Notes under the pieces: generated by a model
The model's database searches: none
Told to the model about the DNA's origin: nothing
What the model saw: only the letters and a program-made list of their open reading frames with translations
Shown: piece by piece, positions 25,844 to 32,000 of the stretch
How the letters are laid out: every line of letters starts with the position of its first letter
Position numbering within the stretch: position 1 is the stretch's first letter
Assembly (NCBI GenBank): GCA_044227095.1
Contig: JBGAFV010000001.1
Coordinates: forward strand, 3,236,296-3,268,295
Length of the DNA stretch: 32,000 bases
Reading direction: 5' to 3'
From: Chitinophagaceae bacterium
GTDB lineage: Bacteria > Bacteroidota > Bacteroidia > Chitinophagales > Chitinophagaceae
Position numbers and translations under genes: made by a program

Positions 25844-27088
25844 ATGAAAAAGAATATAACTGCTGTAGCAGCCAACGCAATCCTGGTTTCAAGTGTATTT
25901 CTTTTTTCTTCCTGCTTTAAAGACAAATGCACCCGCAATTTTACGATTACTACGCCTGTTTATACAAAGCTGACTGATTTGCGTGCAGCCGTAAAAAGCG
26001 AAGCTGCTGCGCCCCTCGTGAATGCCGGCAAACTATATGTGTACAACAACTGGATTTTTTTGAACGAATTGAATAAGGGCATACACGTGATAGACAATAG
26101 CAATCCCGCAAAACCAGTAAAAGTTTCTTTTATTAACATACCCGGCAATGTGGATATGCATGTAAAAGGCAGTACACTGTATGCCGATTTATATTGCGAT
26201 TTGCTGGCTGTAAACATACAAGACCCCAAAAATATTTCTGTAGCAAAATACCTCACCAATACATTTCCTGATAAAGCAAGTTATACAGACAGTACAGATG
26301 TTAATTCAATACGAGTAATTACAAGTTATACACAAAGGGATACTGCAGTAGATTGCGAATCTATTTCTTTAATGAACGATTGTATTAGCTGCAGCGCTCT
26401 GCCTGCAACAGCGCAATTTTATGCTGCTGCTACTAAATCCACTTCCGGAATGGCGGGCTCTATGGCACGTTTTGCTTCTGTAAGCAACTATATGTATGCA
26501 GTAACTACTCATGATTTAAACGTGATAGACATCAGCAATGCGCCAAATCCATTGTTTGTAAAAAAGAAAAATATAGGTTGGGATGTTGAAACCATTTTTC
26601 CTTTTGACAATAAACTCTATATAGGTGCGGGCAGCAGCATGAGTGTGTATGATGTGCAAGACCCGGTAAACCCGCAACAACTATCCTGGAGCGGCCATTG
26701 GTGCAGTATGGATCCTGTTGTTGCAGATGGAAAGTATGCTTATGTAACATTGCACGAAGCCAATATTTGCGGCAATAAAACGAACCAGCTTGAAGTGTAC
26801 GATCTCTCAACGCCCAATACACCAAACCTGGTTAAAACTTATCAGCTTACTCGTCCGCAGGGTTTGTCAAAAGATGGTAACCTGCTTTTTATTTGCGATG
26901 ATGGCCTGAAGATTTACGATGCTTCTAATGTGTCAGATCTTAAACTTATAAAGCAATTGCCTGCTACAGATACTTATGATGTTATTGCAGGCAATGGAAT
27001 TGCTTACGTTGTATCAAAAGATGGTTTATCTCAGTATGACTACAGCGATAGAACGAATATTCATCTTATAAGCAGGTTGCTTAAGTAA
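25844..27088 (+). CDS. LVIVD-repeat beta-propeller protein, probable lipoprotein
   Basis: MKKNITAVAANAILVSSVFLFSSC is lipobox-like. Repeated motifs are GIHVIDNSNPAKP, LNVIDISNAPNP, MSVYDVQDPVNP, LEVYDLSTPNTP and LKIYDASNVSD (LVIVD repeats). The upstream part of the ORF-track ORF overlaps the preceding gene. Confidence 0.75.
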   Translation: MKKNITAVAANAILVSSVFLFSSCFKDKCTRNFTITTPVYTKLTDLRAAVKSEAAAPLVNAGKLYVYNNWIFLNELNKGIHVIDNSNPAKPVKVSFINIPGNVDMHVKGSTLYADLYCDLLAVNIQDPKNISVAKYLTNTFPDKASYTDSTDVNSIRVITSYTQRDTAVDCESISLMNDCISCSALPATAQFYAAATKSTSGMAGSMARFASVSNYMYAVTTHDLNVIDISNAPNPLFVKKKNIGWDVETIFPFDNKLYIGAGSSMSVYDVQDPVNPQQLSWSGHWCSMDPVVADGKYAYVTLHEANICGNKTNQLEVYDLSTPNTPNLVKTYQLTRPQGLSKDGNLLFICDDGLKIYDASNVSDLKLIKQLPATDTYDVIAGNGIAYVVSKDGLSQYDYSDRTNIHLISRLLK

Positions 27089-27126
27089 GAAGCGGTTATT
27101 TAATTCTTAGTTAATTATTAAAGTGC

Positions 27127-27681
27127 ATGCGGATTTTTTTATTTTTTATAGTGATGGGCATAGTTTGTCATGCAAATGCACAAACCAGCAAGGCAAAGTT
27201 TCATTCAATCAATCAAGTTGGATTGCTGAACGGTTCCAAGGGAACTGCATCTCACCTGCAATCTGTTAATGGGTTTCAGTACAAAAATTTTTTTGGTGGC
27301 ATAGGAGTAGGGTTAGATTATTACCGTTATCGTTCTATACCCCTTTTTGCTGAAGCAAGAAAGTATTTTGGCAATGCAAAAAACAAACTGTTTGTATATG
27401 CTGACGGTGGTGTACATTTTGTATGGGAAAAAATAGAGAACTTTAGCGGTGCTTCAGTTAAACAATACCCGCAATTTTATAGTAATGCCGGTATTGGCTA
27501 TCAACTGGCCATGGATAAGAACGTAGGTTTAACTTTTAATATCGGCTATAGCTACAAACGAGTAAAATACAAGCAGGATATATATAATTTTTGCCCGTTA
27601 GTTGGATTGTGTTACGAAAATTCAACTACCTATATTTACGATTTTAACCGCCTCGTTATACAAATAGGCCTTGTGTTTTAA
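27127..27681 (+). CDS. Small predicted outer-membrane beta-barrel protein (hypothetical)
   Basis: Signal peptide is ...VCHANA-QT. Aromatic-rich alternating beta-strand segments are present, and the C-terminus ends in F (IQIGLVF). Confidence 0.5.
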   Translation: MRIFLFFIVMGIVCHANAQTSKAKFHSINQVGLLNGSKGTASHLQSVNGFQYKNFFGGIGVGLDYYRYRSIPLFAEARKYFGNAKNKLFVYADGGVHFVWEKIENFSGASVKQYPQFYSNAGIGYQLAMDKNVGLTFNIGYSYKRVKYKQDIYNFCPLVGLCYENSTTYIYDFNRLVIQIGLVF

Positions 27682-27692
27682 AGACAGGTAAT

Positions 27693-28535
27693 TTAAGGTG
27701 ATATAAATTTCAGGTTGCGTTTAATGCCCGCAAATTTGCTTCTCTTCAATGGAGAATGGCGGAATATATTTTTGAATGATTCTTCAGTTAGGTCATTCCA
27801 GTCTTTTAAAGAAAAATTGAGTATTTCTGTAATTGGGTTTAGCTGGGGTTCATTGTTGGCCTGGCTAAACCTGTTCCATGGACATACATCCTGGCAAACA
27901 TCGCAACCAAACATCCAGTTATTGAATTTGCCTTTCATTTTTTCCGGAATCAGTTGATCTTTTAATTCAATGGTGAAATACGAAATGCATTTGCTGCCAT
28001 CAATAACCTTGTTGTCTAAGATAGCCTCAGTAGGACATTCATCTATGCATTTTGTACAAGTGCCGCAATAATCCTTTGCAAAAGGATCGTCATATTGCAA
28101 TTCAAGATCTGTAATAAGTGTGGCAATAAAAAAGAAAGAGCCCTTTTGTTTGTTGATGAGGTTGCCGTTTTTGCCAATCCATCCTAGTCCGCTTCTTTGT
28201 GCCCAGCTTCTTTCCAATACTGGTGCACTGTCAACAAATCCCCTGCCGTTGATTTCTCCTATATTTAATTTAATTGATTGTACCAGGCTGTTTAACTTCC
28301 CTCTTATTATTTCGTGGTAATCTTTGCCATAAGCATATTTGGCTATTTTAGGTGAATCGATTTGTTGCTTTTGCTGCGGATAATAATTCAGTAATAAAGT
28401 AATAACAGATTTGGCGCCGGGCACCAGACGGCTGGGGTCTGTGCGCAGATCAAAATAATTCTCCATGTAATGCATGGTTCCATGGTAGCCATCGTTCAGC
28501 CATTTTTCCAAACGCCGGGCATCATCGTCCAGCAT
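27693..28535 (-). CDS. queG: tRNA epoxyqueuosine(34) reductase
   Basis: WLxxGYHGxMxYM, the ferredoxin-type motif [13 protein letters not shown] and the second cluster [11 protein letters not shown] are canonical QueG features. The homologous reading frame continues upstream to 28631 without a canonical start codon (see findings). Confidence 0.85.
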   Translation of the reverse strand: MLDDDARRLEKWLNDGYHGTMHYMENYFDLRTDPSRLVPGAKSVITLLLNYYPQQKQQIDSPKIAKYAYGKDYHEIIRGKLNSLVQSIKLNIGEINGRGFVDSAPVLERSWAQRSGLGWIGKNGNLINKQKGSFFFIATLITDLELQYDDPFAKDYCGTCTKCIDECPTEAILDNKVIDGSKCISYFTIELKDQLIPEKMKGKFNNWMFGCDVCQDVCPWNRFSQANNEPQLNPITEILNFSLKDWNDLTEESFKNIFRHSPLKRSKFAGIKRNLKFISP

Positions 28536-28747
28536 TTGCGCTTTAGCAATGCCACAATAATCAAACCCAAGTTCCGTTGCAGATTGTTTTATAAAGCCTG
28601 TATATTGATCTGTGTTCAGAAATGTTGTTTTTTATTGGCAATGTAAGGGAAATGCAATTATTTAGCGAATTTAAAGCGTAGTTCCTTACTTCGTATTTAC
28701 ATTATTTCGTTGTGAATTTAATTTTTAAAAGGCTATCTGAAACTTAC

Positions 28748-30775
28748 ATGAAATTAATTATAGTAACTCTGCTAATGTTTTACCTGTTTTGTTTTGCAGT
28801 CTCTGCTCAAAAAACACCCATAAATTTTGGAAATGTAGTAGCCGCAGATTTTGTACTGCCTGTCAATACCATTATAGACAGCAATGCCAGTGCAGTAATA
28901 ATTGCCGATGTTGGCAATACAAGTTTTAAGGGAAATGAAAAAGGATGGGTGAGTTATATTTTTAAACGTAAGAAGAGAATTAAAATTCTCAATAAAAAAG
29001 CATTTGATCTGGCTACCGTTAAAATAGATTTGTACGTGGATGGTGATTACAAAGAAAGAGTAGAAGATATTTCTGCAGTTACTTATAATCTTGAAAATGG
29101 AAATGTGGTTTCTTCAAAAATGGTAAAAAAAGATGTATTCACTGATAAAGTGGATAAAAACCATATTGAACAAAAATTTACGCTTCCGGCAGTAAAAGAA
29201 AACGCTATCATAGAATACAGCTATACTGTTTATTCTGATTTCTATAACCACCTACCCGGATGGACTTTTCAGAGTATTGATTATCCAACTTTGTGGAGTG
29301 AATATGAAACTACTATCCCCATTCTTGTAACTTATATTTTTGGCAAAAAAGGTATACACCCATTTTATATTGATAAAGGAAGTAATGGGGACGCAGATTA
29401 CCTTATAAAATCACGCAAGGTTGGTGGTACGGTAGACGATTTTACGAGCCTGAGTGCAAATACAATAAAACACCGTTGGGTAATGAAAGATGTTCCTTCT
29501 TTCTATGTTGAAAATTATTTGTATTCACCGGAGAATTATATTGATGAAATCAATTTTCAGCTCTCAAAAACTTATAATGGCAAAACTGAGGAGCCTGTGA
29601 ATAATTCATGGTCAAAAGTGACGGAAGATTTATTGAATGATAAGGATTTTGCAGCTTTTGTTAGTGCAGAAGACGATAACAGTTGGATTTACGAACATTT
29701 AGGGACAATGGTTAAAAAAGATACTGGCCAGCTACAGCAGGCAAAAGATATCTATTATTACCTGTCTGAAAATTTTACTTGTACAAGCCATCATGCTAAA
29801 TATATTGAAACAAACCTGCAGGATGTTTTCAAAAACAAGAAGGGAAGTGTTGCGGAATTGAACTTATTGCTTACAAATATTTTATTAAGGGATGGCATTA
29901 CTGCTGCGCCGGTATTACTTAGTACGAGGGAATATGGTTATAACTTTGAATCTTATCCTTTTTTGGATAAACTCGATTATGTTATCTGCAAAGCTACCAT
30001 TAATAATAAGGCCTATTATCTTGATGCCTCACATCTTTATCTTGCTTTTGGGCAATTGCCGATGAATTGCTACAATGGTCATGCTAGGGTAATCAGTAAA
30101 ACAGATTCTGGTTCCGTTTATTTTTTAGCAGATTCTATAAAAGACCGTCAAACAACGTTTGTGCATCTTATAAACGATACTACAGGTAAAATTGGGCTAA
30201 TTGGAACATATGAAAACTCAATGGGTAATATGAGCTCTTATGAACTGCGTAAATTGGTTAACAAAACAGGCGAAAAGCAATATTTTGATGCCTTTGCAGC
30301 CGCATCTTCAAATGAAATAGAATTAACGCAAACAGGAATTGACTCATTGAAAAAGATTGAGTATCCGTTAAAGGTGAAAGTGAAGTTCAAAATAAATGAA
30401 ATGGCGAAAAATGATGTTATTTACCTAAACCCTTTGCTTTGGAACGGATATAAAACCAATCCATTCAGTGATGCTGTACGCAAATACCCAATTGAAATGC
30501 CGGCCCCGGCAGATCAATCCTACGGTTTTATTATGGAGATTCCGCAGGGTTTTAAGGTTGATGAAGTGCCAAAATCTGTACGGATTTCATTCAATGATAA
30601 TCAGGGCTATTTTGAATATTTGGTACAGAAAAATGAAAATAGTGTCCAGGTAAGAAGTACAATGGTTTTAAGAAAAGCATATTTTGATGCAGAAGATTAT
30701 AACTCCCTAAGAGAATTTTTTGGAGTTATAGTAAAAAAGCAGGCCGAACAAATAGTATTTAAAAAAGTGCATTAA
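28748..30775 (+). CDS. Secreted DUF3857-like protein with a degenerate (catalytically inactive) transglutaminase-like core
   Basis: Signal is MKLIIVTLLMFYLFCFAVSA-QK. The core-equivalent segment KKGSVAELNLLLTNILLRDGITAAPV aligns to FGDCKGMANLLTEFLTMAGYDA of the 2936..4936 protein, with Cys replaced by Val and His by Tyr (DYVICKAT). The Asp is kept (YYLDAS). Confidence 0.7.
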   Translation: MKLIIVTLLMFYLFCFAVSAQKTPINFGNVVAADFVLPVNTIIDSNASAVIIADVGNTSFKGNEKGWVSYIFKRKKRIKILNKKAFDLATVKIDLYVDGDYKERVEDISAVTYNLENGNVVSSKMVKKDVFTDKVDKNHIEQKFTLPAVKENAIIEYSYTVYSDFYNHLPGWTFQSIDYPTLWSEYETTIPILVTYIFGKKGIHPFYIDKGSNGDADYLIKSRKVGGTVDDFTSLSANTIKHRWVMKDVPSFYVENYLYSPENYIDEINFQLSKTYNGKTEEPVNNSWSKVTEDLLNDKDFAAFVSAEDDNSWIYEHLGTMVKKDTGQLQQAKDIYYYLSENFTCTSHHAKYIETNLQDVFKNKKGSVAELNLLLTNILLRDGITAAPVLLSTREYGYNFESYPFLDKLDYVICKATINNKAYYLDASHLYLAFGQLPMNCYNGHARVISKTDSGSVYFLADSIKDRQTTFVHLINDTTGKIGLIGTYENSMGNMSSYELRKLVNKTGEKQYFDAFAAASSNEIELTQTGIDSLKKIEYPLKVKVKFKINEMAKNDVIYLNPLLWNGYKTNPFSDAVRKYPIEMPAPADQSYGFIMEIPQGFKVDEVPKSVRISFNDNQGYFEYLVQKNENSVQVRSTMVLRKAYFDAEDYNSLREFFGVIVKKQAEQIVFKKVH

Positions 30776-30959
30776 AGGGTCATTAAATTCACTTTTTTAA
30801 GTGCTTCTCTGTATAACACTTAGGTATTTGGCTGCTTATTTTGGCAATGTTGCACAAATTCAATTATTTAGCAACCTAAATACCTTAATTCAAGGCTTTG
30901 CGTTTTATTAAAAAGGCAAAAGCAACCCATTTTTGTTGAAACACCTCTAAACTCATAAT

Positions 30960-32000
30960 ATGAAACCCATCACCTCAGCGCTGCTGATGCTATTCTTTTT
31001 TTGTTCAACTGCCTTAGCTCAAAAAACACCTGTAGATTTTGGTAAAGTAAATGCCGGGGATTTTGTCCTGCCTGCCAATAATATCATAGACAAGAATGCT
31101 GGTGCCGTAATTATTGCAGACCTTGGCAATACCACTTTTAAAGGCGATAATGAAGGTTGGATTGGCACTATATTTAAAAGAAAAACAAGGATTAAAATTC
31201 TTGATAAAAAAGCCTTTGAGTTAGCTACTGTGCAGATACCGCTGTATGTTGATGGTGATATTAAGGAGAAGTTAGAAAATTTTACCGCTGTAACCTACAA
31301 TCTGGAGAATGGAAATGTAGTGGCAACAAAAATGGAAAAGAAGGATTTGTTTACAACTAAGGTCGATAAAAACCGTATTCTGCAAAAGTTTACACTTCCT
31401 GCCGTAAAAGAGAATTCTATCATAGAATACAGCTATACTGTTTTTTCTAATTTCGATTTTAATTTGCCAGAATGGGAGTTTCAGAATGCAGATTATCCAT
31501 GTCTTTGGAGCGAGTATGCCGTTACAATTCCCAATCTTGTAAACTATATTTTTCAAAAAAGCGGGGTGCATTCTTTTTATGTGGATAAGCCAGATGAAGG
31601 ACGTGAAACTTATCTCATCAAAAAAGTTAGTGAAAATGCAATTGCTACCGCAGGAAATGACATGCTTACTGTGGGCGTAAACACAGTTATGCACCGCTGG
31701 GTAATGAAAGACGTTCCTGCATTTTATGTAGAAAACTATCTTTTTTCTCCTAAGAACTATATAGATAAAATTGAGTTTCAATTATCGGCACGGACTTATG
31801 ATGGAGTAACATTTCATCCTGTAAAAAATACCTGGACTAAGGCAACCGACGATTTTCTTAAAACCCCATATTTTGCTTCGTTTATTACAAATACAGATGG
31901 TAACGAATGGCTCGATAAATACCTAAAGACAATTGTAAAACCAAATACAACCGAATTACAACAGGCGAAAGATATTTTTTATTATGTGTCTGATAATTTT
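30960..32000 (+). CDS. Tandem paralog of the 28748..30775 protein (5' partial, runs off the window end)
   Basis: It is not in the ORF track because no stop is reached. ATG 30960 opens a 347-codon frame to the window edge: MKPITSALLMLFFFCSTALA-QKTPVDFGKVNAGDFVLPANNIID.... This is collinear with, and highly similar to, the upstream gene (shared blocks FTLPAVKEN.IIEYSYTV, HRWVMKDVP.FYVENYL). Confidence 0.75.
   Translation, partial: MKPITSALLMLFFFCSTALAQKTPVDFGKVNAGDFVLPANNIIDKNAGAVIIADLGNTTFKGDNEGWIGTIFKRKTRIKILDKKAFELATVQIPLYVDGDIKEKLENFTAVTYNLENGNVVATKMEKKDLFTTKVDKNRILQKFTLPAVKENSIIEYSYTVFSNFDFNLPEWEFQNADYPCLWSEYAVTIPNLVNYIFQKSGVHSFYVDKPDEGRETYLIKKVSENAIATAGNDMLTVGVNTVMHRWVMKDVPAFYVENYLFSPKNYIDKIEFQLSARTYDGVTFHPVKNTWTKATDDFLKTPYFASFITNTDGNEWLDKYLKTIVKPNTTELQQAKDIFYYVSDNF

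Noticed and set aside
31272-31781. 169-aa minus-strand ORF
   Set aside because: It lies entirely within the + strand open frame (30960..32000), which is strongly homologous to the upstream paralog. Its product is Ile/Phe/Cys-rich shadow sequence.

Overview
This looks like a chromosomal segment of a Bacteroidota genome, probably Chitinophagaceae or Sphingobacteriia-like. That inference rests on TTG/TAnnTTTG-type promoter boxes, DUF3857/transglutaminase-like, LVIVD and PorT-like outer-membrane families, and AT-rich intergenic DNA. I call about 27 protein-coding genes, mostly housekeeping or envelope-related: polysaccharide deacetylase, cold-shock protein, MscS channel, gcvP, sterol-desaturase-family protein, YkgJ Cys-cluster protein, MBL hydrolase, MFS transporter, deoxynucleoside kinase, folK, sppA, ABC-2 permease, SRPBCC protein, DUF2911 protein, bioA, queG, and an ECF sigma operon with an outer-membrane barrel and an LVIVD lipoprotein. 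There are also four large secreted proteins of the DUF3857/transglutaminase-like family, arranged as two tandem pairs. I found no rRNA, tRNA or CRISPR array. The main anomaly is a lone IS200/IS605-type Y1 (HUH) transposase-like gene at 12483..12935. It sits directly downstream of a head-to-tail array of about 5.5 copies of a ~148-nt repeat with several hairpins (11583..12398). A partial copy lies just downstream of the gene, and two diverged copies lie 11 kb away (23280..23572). All copies are on the same strand. This resembles a RAYT/REP or PATE-like system, but with much larger and more structured units than classical REPs. Other unexplained intergenic structure includes a 330-bp-period composite repeat (15824..16346), a shared 19-mer, a nested inverted-repeat element downstream of the desaturase gene, and a long imperfect palindrome between convergent genes. 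All family assignments come from motif recognition by eye and need HMM or BLAST confirmation.
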